Part shown: positions 1-14,829 of the stretch, in pieces
Layout: each line of letters starts with the position of its first letter
Numbering within the stretch: the first letter of the stretch is position 1
NCBI RefSeq assembly: GCF_009914755.1
Contig: NC_060925.1
DNA: 64,000 nucleotides
Reading direction: 5' to 3' (one strand)
From: the human T2T-CHM13v2.0 reference genome, Homo sapiens
Notes under the pieces: generated by a model
Seen by the model: only the letters and a program-made list of their open reading frames with translations
Told to the model about the DNA's origin: nothing
Database searches by the model: none
Made by a program: the position numbers and the translations under genes

Positions 1-234
1 TTCTTTTCACTTATCCTCAATGCCTTATGCACACATTTGGCTTCAGAACCACTAGGAAGGAGGCAGAAGGCTGTACATGACACAGATGGCAATGGACTGC
101 AACAGGATTCATCCCATGTCTTAAAGCAAGTAATGAATAATGTTAAGATCAGGATGCCAATATCCCAGGCTCCTCACTTAGTCCTGCTCTAACTGCATCC
201 TTTTGGCCCTTTTTATCTCATAGGTCAGCAAGAA

Positions 235-595
235 AAAGAAAGACACTACCGATACATGCAAACAACATGGATGAAATTCAAAAACATCATGTTGGCAAAA
301 GATGCCAGACACAAAAAAGGATAATCCCATCTTTGTGAAGTTCTACAACGGGCAAAACTAATTTATGGTGAAAGAAATCATAACAGTGGTTGCCTTGGGG
401 TGGGGGACTGGCTGGGAAGAGACAAGAGAAACTTTCTGAGGCAATGGAAAGATATCTCTTATCAAAATATTTATTCTATATCTTGACATAGATTACAAAG
501 ATGTACAAATTTGTCAAAACTCTTGAAACTGTAACACTTAAGTTTAGTTACTGTATGTAAATTATACTTCAAAACCATATTGAAAGGTACAAAAA
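235..595 (+). mobile_element. L1M (MC/ME) 3' end fragment
   Basis: Runs ctaccgatacatgcaaacaacatggatgaaattcaaaaacat...ctgtatgtaaattatacttcaa. Confidence 0.7.
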
Positions 596-1267
596 GAAAA
601 ACCGATCTTAGCTTAGATGATCATCTTCCTCCTCTTTCTATTCCTTTCTTCCTTCAGTAAACACACTATGTGCTCAGCTATATATTAAGCACTGGAGGCT
701 ACTAAGGTAAAGAAAACTCTTGGTTCCTGCTCTCACAGAACTTAACAGATGAGACTGAGATCTTCCTCTGTTCATAGTACAATGGCTCACAAACACTTTT
801 TTGACTCCCAACTCACAATAAGAAACACATCTTCTATTGTCACACACTCCCCCATAGGATGTACAAGTGTGTACATACATATCTAACATAAAAGTTTCAC
901 ATAATCTTACCAATGTGATGTACTCTAATATTTTCTTTCTTATTCTAGTCTCATCTAGTCATCTGAAAACACAGGTTAAACCAATAAAAGTGATTTCCTG
1001 ACTTTCTTAAGGGATCTGACCAATGGTTTGAAAAATGTTGTCTTACAGCCTATGACTACCTCTAGGGTGAGAACTACTATAATCCATTTTTACCCCAATA
1101 CTGAGCACGTGGCTTCTCCCTAAATAAATATTTACTGAACATTTATAGAGCAGAATAATACAACTTTAAAAAAAATAATGAATGTGTCCATATCCCAGGA
1201 AAAACAACAAAAACCCAACCAACCAACAAACTAAAACAAGACACAACCAAAACAGCAGCAAAGAAAC

Positions 1268-1540
<273 letters not shown>

Positions 1541-3108
1541 TTATTACTACCTATGTAGCCTTTTGATCCCAGTGATCTAGACCCACACCCTGCCAAGTAC
1601 TAAGGCAGCCTCTTTTTCAATGGCATGTCACACCACATCCTGTGAAATTAGGCTCTTAGCAGACGTTTTTTTTTTTTAAATGATGAAAATAAGGTACAAA
1701 ATACCTCGCTTCTTGGACTGATTTTAAAACGCTTGGTTATACCTGATGGAGAATCTATGGATTGCAAAGGTTGTGGCTGATACAGCAGTAACCCCTCCCT
1801 TCCCCTGAGATCAGTATTTTGGTGAAAAAGGTAGGGAAGTTGCCTTGAGTACAAAAAAAGAGAAGAGGGCTAACCAATAGCAGCGGTGTGGCAGACAGCA
1901 CAGTCTGAATTTTTACCAAATGCGAGATAAATAGCAGAAATTGTGCATAAGAAAGAATGGATTCTCTTCCTTATGCTGAGAACAGGCCTCTCTCCCAACA
2001 ATGAGGAGCTCTTCCCCTGAGGAGGAGAAAGGATCTTGTTTAGGGCTTTGACCTCCATTGAAGGACAGTGTTCAGATTGTCATCAACAAGCAGAGAGAAC
2101 AAAGAGGTACCAGAACAGGGAGCAAGGCTCTACTAACCCAGTGAGACAATGACACCTAGGGCATTAAGTGGCTGAAATCTACTGAATCAAAAATCCTCGG
2201 CTAAAGGGAGACAGGAATCTGTATTTTAGAGAAGTTCCCCAAGCAACTCTTACGTGAGGCCAGATTTTAATACCAGGGAATTAGTCCAGTTCTTCAGTTA
2301 GCTAGAGGAGCTTGGGAGTGGGTGAGAAACAAAGCTGGGTTCCAGAACAATTCAGTGACAAGCCTAGATGACCCAGGTGGTGATATAACAGCAAGACTCG
2401 GACCCAAATCCCATATGATGTTGTGAGGTGTGGCAGGTTTGCTTGTGGAGAAACCAAGGCAGGAAAGCAAGAGTGGTCGGGCCAGAGTTTTGCAAAGCCC
2501 AACTGCTGCCAACAAGACCCTGAAACAAATGGCAGGCCTCCAAGATGAGATACACTTGAAGCCCCAGAGACTGGGATGCTAAATTGGCTGGCTCCAGATG
2601 CCTCACTTTGATGACTGGAAGGAGAGGTGAGAAAGGGTGTAATTACATAGCTTCACTTAGGTGTGGCTCAGGACCTGGGCCAGATTGGAGTCTGTAGGTG
2701 AGAGGGCTTGTAAGACCCAACTGTAAGGGGAAGCAGCAGGAAAAACAAGGTCAAGAATAACTCACAGGCAAAAAACAAAAAGCTTATCCCTGCGCTTGCC
2801 CCTTGCAAAACACATGTGCCTATTAACCGCTTTCCTCAATCCCCTTTGCATCACATATTTTTAAAAATGGGCCAGATGTCAGGGGGAGCTGGATACCTTC
2901 CTGACAGGACCCTAATTTGCGCATAACCTTGGACAAGTGAGTCTCGTAGTCCTCTGGACCTTGAGCTTCCTTATCTAGCAACTGGAGACAGCAATGCTTA
3001 CCCATAATGGTGATGTGAGAGTCAAATGAGTTAACACCGAGAAACCTTAAATGCTATACAAATATAAGGGATGGCATTGTAACTCTTTAGTTAAGTTCTT
3101 GCCACTCA

Positions 3109-3473
<365 letters not shown>

Positions 3474-3838
3474 GGAAGAAAGTATTTCCTGGCAGATAGA
3501 CGAGTGTAGTGGTTATGAGCCTGGGTTGAGTCATCAGGCCTAGGTGCAAATTTTGCCTCTGTCATTTGTTAACTGACTCTGACTAAGTCATCTAAACTCT
3601 CTGTTAATCTGTAAAAATATAGATAATAATGCCTTCCTCCCAGAATTCCAGTTAGGATTGAATAAGTGTGAAGTGTTTCACTTGGTGCTTGGCAAGCACC
3701 CTGTTGGATCATGGCTGCTATCTTCCTAATTGTTCTCAAAATGCACCAGATTCCTGAACAATAGTATCAGGGAATGTCTGACGAGTATTCTGAAACCAGA
3801 AAAGAGGTGCCCTCAGGCCCTTGGCTTTAAGCACTTAC

Positions 3839-3967
3839 ATCAATAAGGTCAGATAGGTCATGGATGTAGTACTTGAAGACAGATGCATTGGTTGCCTCCA
3901 AAGCCAGCAAGTACTCATTCCGGGCTTTGATGGCCTTCAGCTTATTCTCCGTGTACTTGGCTTGGCG
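3839..3967 (-). CDS. SRGAP2: SRGAP2 coding exon 6 (129 nt): RQAKYTENKLKAIKARNEYLLALEATNASVFKYYIHDLSDLID
   Basis: Lies within ORF 3827..4051. Acceptor is tttccttttcag|CGC and donor is GAT|gtaagt. Residues 235-277. Confidence 0.97.
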
Positions 3968-4606
3968 CTGAAAAGGAAACAGAAGTTCACTTTTACCTTT
4001 TTTTTTTAAGGGGGGCTTGTTCTCTAAAAGATAAAAGTACAGTGTATTCAAGAACTACAATTGTGTTGCTACTCCCTATGCGCATCTGCCTTAAATTGGG
4101 TTCTAATTCTGTTTAATGAGATTCAAGGGCACAATGTAGATCAATTCAGGAAAGGTTAATGAGGCTCCCTACTTAAGATGTGTGCCCCACTTTGATTCTA
4201 TCTTCAAATATCATTCTTCATTCTTGCAATGCCACTCTGAAGGAGGTACCACTACTCTTGCCCCTGAACACCTGATACCTGAAACCAAATCCTGGGTTTA
4301 CAGTCACCCCCAACCCCTCCAAAGCAATAGGATATTGAGCTCTATTTGGAAAATGGATTGGGAAAGGTGACTGCTGTTTCTTGGTTTTCTGCTAGAGGCT
4401 AGAAACTTGGAACCCACGTGCCCAGTTCTTCCAATACCTAGTATTCCTGCCAGGGCACAGAGCAAGGCCTCATTTTCAGTCATTAGGCACTAAAAGAACC
4501 CAGAGCTTCCTCGTCTGCTCTTCCCAGTGACTGTTGGGAAATTCCTATCAGCCATGCCTTACCGAATGTTGCTTCCCAGCATCTACAGCTGTGGGAGCCT
4601 ACATAC

Positions 4607-4822
4607 CTTCTCCTTCATCTTCTCAATCTTCTTCACTGAGCTCCTCCGGACATGTTTCTCCTCAATGCGAACGTTGGCCGTGGAGTCAGGGGAGCGTGGG
4701 GTCTGCCGGTCCTCCTGCTTTACCGATTTACCAATTTGCTTCTCCTCCTGCTTCTCCGCCTCCTTTAGTTTGCTCTGAGCACTGATGCTGTCGGCATTGT
4801 ACATGTGATATGTCTTCATGAC
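4607..4822 (-). CDS. SRGAP2: SRGAP2 coding exon 5 (216 nt): VMKTYHMYNADSIS...KKIEKMKEK
   Basis: Lies within ORF 4583..4846. Acceptor is tcttgcag|GTC and donor is AAG|gtatgt. Residues 163-234. Confidence 0.97.
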
Positions 4823-5873
4823 CTGCAAGACATCGCCCACCCCCACCCCCAGAGGTCAAGCCAAGGGTGTCATTTCTCTGCTTTACAGACTAACAGACTC
4901 AGCTGGAGCTCTCCCCCATGAAGCAATATCCTCACACCCCTAAGGGAAAAATCCAGAAGTGTTTGGTTCAGCAAACACAGATTAAAGACCACTCCAAAGC
5001 ACAGGAAAGCAATATGTGAACTGAGCCAACATTTCCTCTTATTGAAATAACTTAATGTCTATCCATCATGTATTATTTATTTCTATTCATTATCATTTGT
5101 AATCACTTCTCTTTAATATTGGCCAGGTGATTTCTATCACTTAGTCACCTCATAATACTGAGTAGATGGGAAACAACACCACCACTCTCAGGCCCCAAGG
5201 GCAAAGCCTTTCTGGGCTGGTCAGGAACCCCGAAGAGGGCAGTGCAGCCTATGGAGTAGCCTATGCTTTCTGTTACCTTTCAGATATAAAATAGGGAAGA
5301 GGAAAAGCTTCCAAAAGCTCCTTTTACTGGCCTGGCATTCTGGGGATCTGTCTGTTCTGCTTTATCCAGATCAAACACCCTCTCACAGCAACTAAAGCAG
5401 CAGCAGCAATTGCAATGCCAGTTATCATTTACTGAGCACTTAGTATATTCCTGGCTTTATGCCAAGTACCACACAACACATTTTCTCATTTCATCCTTAG
5501 GACAATTCCACAATCTAGACAACAACCCTATGAAGACTGTAAGCCTTCAAAACAATTCAGGTAAGAGTCTGGGAAGGAATAAAATCCATATCAAGTATAA
5601 CTGGAATTGCCACAGGAGGGAAGTAGTATAAAAGGTGAAGGATGATTTTCCATCAAAGCAACCATCTAGGAGTCCAATCCTTTCTCTTAACAGGGAAGCC
5701 AGGAAGCCTAGAACTCAAGCTTGTTTCCAATCCTACTAAACATACTACTTCCAGCCACCTAGTGCCTGCTCTACTCTGTGGGAACTTTCTGTTTCCACAC
5801 AGGGAGTTCACGAGTGCTGAAAGTGTGATGCCATAAGATTTCTTTGAGAGGGAGAATTAGAGAGTAGAAGTTG

Positions 5874-5879
5874 GGTGTG

Positions 5880-5911
<32 letters not shown>

Positions 5912-5924
5912 CATGTGTGTGTGT
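5874..5924 (+). repeat. (TG)n microsatellite
   Basis: An interrupted TG run of about 50 nt. Confidence 0.95.
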
Positions 5925-5959
5925 AACACAGGAGTGCAAAGGTACAATATTATTATTAA

Positions 5960-6190
5960 TATCTACCACTTAATAAACATTGTGTACCATGGGCTTTACG
6001 TACATTACCTCATTTAATTCTTACAATAACTCTGTGAAAGACACTGTTATTATTTCTATTTCTAAAGATAAGGAAATAAGGCTCAGAGAGATTAACTATC
6101 ATACCCAAGGTCATACAATGAGTAAATGGTGGAATCAGGATTCAAACCCAGGTCTGTCAGACTCCAAAGACCACATTCTTAGCCATTAAG
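5960..6190 (-). mobile_element. MIR
   Basis: Reverse MIR core: aaggaaataaggctcagagag...cccaaggtcatac...ggattcaaacccagg. Confidence 0.75.
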
Positions 6191-6304
6191 CAACACCGAC
6201 TCTCCTCTGGATAGGACTGGAGCTGAACTGGTTGGGAGGAAAGGTTAAATATGGTCAAGATATTCCTGAAAAGAGAAACTGGTTCCGTGTATGAACCTGA
6301 GTTA

Positions 6305-6515
6305 GAGAAGTGTCTCAACCTGGGGCTATTTTGGCCCCCAGGGGAAATGTGGCAGTGTCTGGAAATATTTTTGATTGTCACAACTTGGGGATTGCTACTG
6401 GCATCTAGTAGTTAGAGGTCAGGGATGCTGCTGAACATCCCATGCACAGGACGGCCCCCACAACAATTAATTATCTGGCCCAAATGTCAATGGTGCTGAC
6501 GTTGAGAAAATCTAG
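6305..6515 (+). mobile_element. MER20 (hAT-Charlie)
   Basis: tctcaacctggggctattttggcccccagggg...cccaaatgtcaatggtgctgacgttgagaaa matches the recalled MER20 consensus. Confidence 0.85.
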
Positions 6516-7409
6516 CTTAGAAAGACTTTGTGGGTATACTAATCTAGCCCCTACGATCAGCTAGAGGCAGACGAAAGAATAAAGAATACTGGGACACTGA
6601 CAAAATCAAAGTACATTAGAGTCTAAATTATGTCTCATTTTGAATGCAGAATGTTTTAAATCAGTTTCACCTCATTCTGAACCTAACACTACTTCCCGTA
6701 AATTTTACCAGGATAATACTCTTCATATTTTCTATACAGAAGAAAAAATACTTAACAACTAATGGCGTTTAAAAGCCTTTCTAAGTAATTCGAACAGACC
6801 CCCAGCTTTCCAGGTTAACTAAGAAGTGGAAAAGAGGCATCTGTTATCTCAGCTGAAGAAGTGTAGATAGGAGGCTCCTCTTTTTTTTCTCTTTTTCCAC
6901 CTGAATCTGACCATGGGATTCAAAAGCTTAGTGAGAAGTTACAAAAGTGAGTGCTTTTTTTCTTTTTGAAAGTGATTTCCTATTTCATGAAGGTGCATGA
7001 TAAAGAGAAAACGTTATGAATAAACATGAGATAAAAAAGAGGTCAAAGAATAGCACTACCAAGTCAACAAATGAAGTAACAAAAATCAACAATTTACAAT
7101 GTTACTTTCCCCTAAAAAACTTAAAGAACTTTCTTGTTAAAAGAGAGTAAAACGCTACTTTGCCTAAGAAACTATACATTCTTCACACTAAGCTCTACTT
7201 CTTTTGTGTTTTCTTCTCACAGTGGAGAAATATGTCATATACACAATGGTAGTTTTACAAAGTGGTTGCCCAAATGACTGAATGACACTGAATCTCTCTT
7301 CTGGGTAAATACTGGAGAAGCTTTATTAGTGCCTTCCAGCTCAAGAGAAAACTGAGGTACCTAGAAGCTGAAGCTTAAATAAGTGATGCAAAAACAATTG
7401 AAAAAATAG

Positions 7410-7670
7410 GAAAGTCAAGACAGGACTTAGAAATGTATATAGATACAGATATACATGTTAAATATATATTTATAAATATATATTTATAGTCAAGATAGGA
7501 CTTAGAGAAAGCCAAGATAGGACTTAGATATATATATCTATGTACATATACATATGTAAATATATGTATATCTATATATCTATGTCTTAGACATATAGCT
7601 ACTCATATATGTATATATAGATATGTATACATAAAGATATACATATACATACTTCTATCTATATATAGAT
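7410..7670. repeat. (TA)-rich low-complexity region containing three copies of a ~19-nt motif
   Basis: ag(t/c)caaga(c/t)aggacttaga at ~7413, 7488 and 7510. Confidence 0.85.
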
Positions 7671-8037
7671 AGGCAAATGCAAACTATGGGGAAAAACTGA
7701 AAAGTCTAAATTCTCAGTTCTGCAAAGAACATTCCACTTTACTTTGAAAAACTAAACACTGAAGTCACATATTTAGCTCTGCTCCCTCTGACAGCCACAC
7801 TAAAATAATAGGAAAAAAAAGGTTCTAAAATGATTATCATTTAGGTATAAATTGAGAAAAACAAAAAGAATGGAAGCTGAAGCCGAAAAGCGGGTAGGCA
7901 AGCAGTAACTCATCTACTTGAGTCCTAAACCAAAACCAGAGTGAGCCAGGAAGCAGCCAGATTTATATCACAGAAGCCCGAAGAGAAATAAGTAGCAGTG
8001 GGATGAAGGTAGAGCTAAACACAAAATAAGCTATTGA

Positions 8038-8415
<378 letters not shown>

Positions 8416-10347
8416 TTATTCTGTTAGAGAGGGTCCATGGACTAGGGGATACAAGGTTCAGCTGAGGATACGGGTATACTGAACTTCAACAGGAGGATTA
8501 GCTGAAGTCTATGTTAAATTTTGAGATGGTCTAGGCCTCTTCACAACTCAGCTCCCAGACATGAGTGGGAGATCAAAAGTGTGATCTCTCAGCAATCTGA
8601 CCATCCAAGATAAGAGACCTAGAAATACTAAAGTTGGGGCTTCCACAAGGACACAGCCCAGTTAGAACACCCTACTGTGAAGGCCACAGCTGACATAGAA
8701 TCTTTTAGTGCCTCACTTTAAAATGTGAATAGGCAGCTAAGAATGACCAGGCATTTAAAGGAAATGTCTAATATGAAAGACCAAGACCAAAACTAGCAAT
8801 TTAGAAGAAATATTATACAACAAGAAGAAAAGTTTGAAAACAATATATCCATAATAGCCCTGGAGAGATAAATGAGAAATAAAACGATACTGCATCATGA
8901 AACAAAAGTTGGATGCAACAAAAAAGGGAACATGTAGAGAACAAGAAAAGAGTTCTTGGCAATAAAGATTCAATTCAAGTATCTCTTCAAGGAGCCTGAC
9001 TTCATCCCTGTCCTCTGTGTAGACATGTAAATGAGTTCTTGTCACTTCATTTTTCACTTGATGCTTTACTTTTCTGTCTCTCCCTATTAAAACTAAACGC
9101 CTTGAGGTCAGAAACATCTCTTATTTGTTCTTGTCTCCCTAGTGCCTAGTGCCAGAGTCAAATAGGCAAGCAGAGTTGAGGGACTATTAAGTGCCATTGT
9201 TTCAAGGGAACAGGTGCTAAATACCAGTCTGAAGTAGCTCTGCCAGCACACAGCCGATGCTCCAAGCCAAGGGGATATAAATTTAGGGGGAGTACAGAAG
9301 CATAAGGCCTCTGGAATAACAACAGCCCCAAAGTGTCCCAAAGCCTCTTTTTTCTCAATTCTAGAGCTTCCTTGACTCTTCATACTCAGCCAATCCACAC
9401 TGGCTTCAGTGCCTCCATGTACACTCCTTCCTGTGGGGGTTTGCTGGGTTTTTCCAGACACGACCTCTGAGTACAACTGAGGCAAAGAATCCCAGAGTTC
9501 TTTGGGAAGCAGTGTGTTCTGACTTCAAAGGCATTCCCGGTGCATCAGTCAGAAAATGAAAACCACTTATGCCATGGCTTACATACAAGCCAGCTCATTA
9601 TGGGGGGAAAACACGTGGAGAAGAATGCTCGCTAGGATTGCTCTCTGAATAGCAGCTGTGGGAAGCAGGCCCCAGCACAGAATGCCAAGTCAGGGAAATC
9701 AAAGGCCCTTCAGGCAGAAAAGAGGAAGGTGCAGAGGGGCAGCTGGCCACTCATGGCGGCATTCTGGGCCCGGTGCCCAAAGGCATCTTTATTTGGGAAC
9801 ACCTGGGTCCTGCTCCTTGGATCATCAAGGTTCAAAGGTACTAAAATTACCAACCCTTGGATAACTAGTCCCCTAAAAAAAGGTATTCATGGGCATTAGG
9901 AGCAGATGTGAAGGACATGAAAAAACTGGGTGGGTTTCTTATATCCTTGGTTTCCTTTTTCCAGTGACCCCAAATAACTTCTATTGCCTACAACGTCATT
10001 GAAATGAGAGGCCCTTCCCTGCCTTCCTGACAAGCAAATAATGGGAAAGCTCCTTCTAAGAAACTCTCCCTTGTTCTCTTCTTGACTCCTCAAAGGTGTG
10101 CATACAGCAAGCAGCTTCCCAAAGCTAGCATGTAACAGGCCCAGCTTCCCACCTGATAAAACCACTCTCCCATGCAAGGTGACCAATTAACCCTTTTTAA
10201 CCTAGAACTTTTCCAGTTTCAGCACTGACAATTTCATGTCCCAGGAAACTCTTCAGTACTAGGCAAAGAGGGACAGTTAGTCACCGTAATCCCATGGTGC
10301 CTTATTCAGACCAGTCCTAAACCTATCTTAATCTCCAGAAGAAATAA

Positions 10348-10990
<643 letters not shown>

Positions 10991-11235
10991 TCACTGAACT
11001 TTCTAATGGCCTACAGACTCTGGAAACCTATTTGATCCTTAGCTATAGCCTAATATTTCAGGAAGTATAACTCACCCAACTACTCCACCCCCTAGGATAT
11101 AGAAATACCAGTGCATGGAGTGTATGCAGACACTAAGGTCATAGAGGTTTGGGGTATCCCTCAAGCTCATACAGCTAGTAGTCAAGACAGGGTAGAATCT
11201 AGGCTGCTTAATTCAGGAGACTCTAGTCACTAGAC

Positions 11236-11478
11236 CAGCATTTCTCAATCTTGTGGGTCAGAAGATTCTCAATGTCTCTATATTGACATTGTGGGTCAGA
11301 TAATTCTTTGTTGTGGGAGCTGCCCTGTGCACTGTAGGATTTTAGCAGCACCCCTGGCCTCTAGATCATTAGATGTCAGCAGCACCTTCTACTCCTCCAG
11401 TCGTGACAATCAAAAATGTCTTCAGGCATTGCCAAATGTCCTCTCGGGGTAAAACTCCCTCTGCTTAAAACTCCATTT
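11236..11478 (-). mobile_element. MER20 (hAT-Charlie)
   Basis: Reverse MER20 motifs (gataattctttgttgtggg; gtgacaatcaaaaatgtcttcaggcattgccaaatgtcc). Confidence 0.8.
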
Positions 11479-13439
11479 GGACCAGAATGTTTTGACTTCT
11501 CTGAAACTTCCTAGTGCCTCTACTCTTTTTTCCCTCTTTCCATTGCCTACTAGAGGAAAACATCACATTTTAATTTTGGCCTTTAACAGATTATGAGGGT
11601 GTATTCCAGCTCACCTTATGGCAGGGGATACCACACTCAGGCAATTCTCAGTTTGAACATCAATGGGAAGATGTTATGCTCTATGTTGACCATGGCCTCA
11701 CAATGGCCAGTAAAGTAGTTGGCCAATATTGGGCTGTCTTAAGTCTGCAGTCAGAGGTAGCAGCTCGGCCCTCTGCAGACCAGAGAAATAAGTTCCAAGG
11801 TTTTCTTCCTCACTCAAACACAGCTTACGCCCTTTCACTTATTTTTTTTTTTTTTAAAGCACAGCATATGAAGAGACATAGGACCCTGGGTAAAAGCTAA
11901 CAGATCCTTAGACAGTAGTCTTCTTCTGCTGCCTTGAGTCCCACTGAAGAAGTGGCAAGGTTTGTTGGTTATCCAAACTACTCCTCCCCAGAAACAGCTG
12001 CAAATAGTAGAGGGTCAAGATGCTTACAGGAAAATAAAAGAATTTATACAATGACTACATGTGTCATTTTCTATCTTAGAGAATTCTCTGCTAGGAGAAA
12101 GGAGTAATAGCTCTTCTTGGCGCTTAGAAATTGATCTAAAAGAGCAGAAGTAAAGCATTAAAAAGACAAGGTTCAGGAAACCCATCCAGTCTGAAAATGG
12201 CTCACATCGATGTGTTTCTATTTTAAAAACCTCTTAACTTCATTTGAGAGAAATGAAAACTTGGGAGTTGAACGAAAGGTACCATCTATCTATGCTTGGC
12301 TTCAGAGCAGAAGTGTCACAGAGTAGAAATTCAAAACAAACTGAACATCGCTGGAGATAAGTCAGATGACTACTCTACCCTATTTACTTGCTTAACAGTT
12401 GCCATGACAAAATGGCCACACCTAGGCTTCTGGATCAGCAACATCTGATCCCAAATGCCTGTCATGCATGTCACCACTGCCTGTTCTGTGAATTAAAAAA
12501 AAAAAACAAAGGAAGAAAAGAAAAGAAAAAATGCAGCAAATAAGCAAGTAAACATCAGAAATCAGTATCACCTTCAAACAGGATGGAGAAACCCTGGAGA
12601 ATGACATAGTAGGCTGGCACATCCAAGCTGGAGAAGGGGCCCCTGAAAGGCATTAGCTGTATAACTTAAGTATTCCCTGTATAGCAACAGGAATTTCCTT
12701 GGTGTGTATGTGTGTGAGTGTGTGTTTGTTTTCATTATAATTAGAAAAACATGGCTGGGGAACAACCACCACCACCACCTCTCTGCGCATGAATTAACAC
12801 GCACCAGCCACAGGCATCATGTGCCTGAAGCGCCAGTCATCTCAGAACAGATTGTGTTCTCTTCTCCAAGCCCGCAGCCTGCCTCGTCACTGAGGTTTGG
12901 CTTTATAAAACTCCAGGAAGCCAGTGCAAAGCTCTCTCTGCTCAAACTGGTCCCTCTTACTGGGGGCATTTAGGACTCTGTGCTGCCCTCTAGAGCATTT
13001 GTTCTAGTCTCAAAGCCATACATCAATCCAAGATCTGATGAAAAACCTAGAACAATAAAGCCTTTCCGACAGGCACATATTAATAGTGCAATGCAGGCTA
13101 CGTTCCTTGCCATTAGTTCAGGGTCCCTGGTTTGCTGCTAACGGGGTCCATTGTGCCAATGACCTAGACTTTGGCTGGTCTCTAGTAATTATGCCCCAAA
13201 TAAAGCCAGGGTGAGCTTGCATAGCTGAGGAGAAAACTTATTTTGAGGAAGTATTTTTTGACTCATTCCGTTTTGAAAAGACGAGTGTGAAAAAAGAGAT
13301 GGGTGGGGTCACCCCCAGTGGGGACCATGCACTTGTCCTCAACCTCAGTTCAGTTCTGTTGCTGATGTACTATGGCTGCAAGCTGCCAAATGCTGCTTCC
13401 CTCTGCTTGTTAAAGAGCCAAGCAACCCATCTGATTTAC

Positions 13440-13502
13440 CGAGTAGAGCTCGTTCAGGACCTTCATCAAATCATCTTGGAGCTGCTGGCCGACTTCTTTA
13501 CT
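13440..13502 (-). CDS. SRGAP2: SRGAP2 coding exon 4 (63 nt): SKEVGQQLQDDLMKVLNELYS
   Basis: Translated by hand (not in the ORF track). Acceptor is ttcctctttccttgcag|AGT and donor is TCG|gtaaat. Phase 0/0, continuous with exons 3 and 5. Confidence 0.97.
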
Positions 13503-14191
13503 CTGCAAGGAAAGAGGAATGAAGGTTAATTGGGAAACAGAAGAGAGAGGAGGGAGCAACGAAGGCAAAAGCCACACTGGCTCTACAAATAACCCAGACT
13601 CAATTAAGGCCCATTATTTAACCCAGCAAATCAGATAACCACTCCAATCAGACCCAATTATGGTCAGATTACTCAAAGAGTTTTAATAAAATGAAATGTG
13701 CCCTCTCTATAGCCTAGCAAAGGCAATTGCGTAGAGGGAAAAAGGGTGGTAGCCTTTGGTTTTTCTATTGGTCCCCAAAGAGCAGGCCTGAAAGCCACAT
13801 CCTACCTAGCAACTGTTGTTAGGTGGAACATGGTTTCTCAGATACTTGCAGTCAAGCATTCCAGAAGATTTCAAAGGAAAGTAAGATGTGTAATGGGATG
13901 AAATAGGAAAAAGTATATAAACATTCAGGGACTTCAAAGTCCCTAACTAAATAGAAAACTCCAAGCAGGATGGAACTATATTTCTTACTTGCTTTATTTC
14001 TACCCAAAACTCACAAGGCAGCGGTATCTCAATATTGACTGCCTGAGAGATTAGCTGTTACTAGATGCTGAAAATATATGTTAAGGGGTCTCCAACTAGT
14101 TAATCTTGAGCAGTGATGGCTCCTGGGTTCTTTGCTGCTGCCACCCAGGGCTGACATCTAACTACATAGAGCAGTAGAAATAAACAATGAG

Positions 14192-14542
<351 letters not shown>

Positions 14543-14829
14543 CTAAGTGTTCTATGCCAAACCTAAGAGAGCTAAAACTGATTGGCAGCATGGGTCATTG
14601 AGAGGGAAAGCCCTTGTTTTATCTTTTGCCAGCTCCTTCTAGATCTTTCCTACCAGAAATTCGGGTATCAAAATGCCATCCTAACAGAAGTTATAATACT
14701 GTTTCCCATCCCTCCCACCATAGCTGCTAGCTCCCAGGCAAAAAAAGGAAGGACTTTCATGTCAGATACACAATCATTTAAGATCTTGCTTTTTTTCAAG
14801 GTACATACATCTCTACTTAAAAAATACTT

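Noticed and set aside
4527-4785. Plus-strand ORFs overlapping exon 5 (also 13287-13529 over exon 4 and 54028-54246 over exon 3)
   Set aside because: They are antisense shadows of the SRGAP2 coding exons with no recognisable protein.
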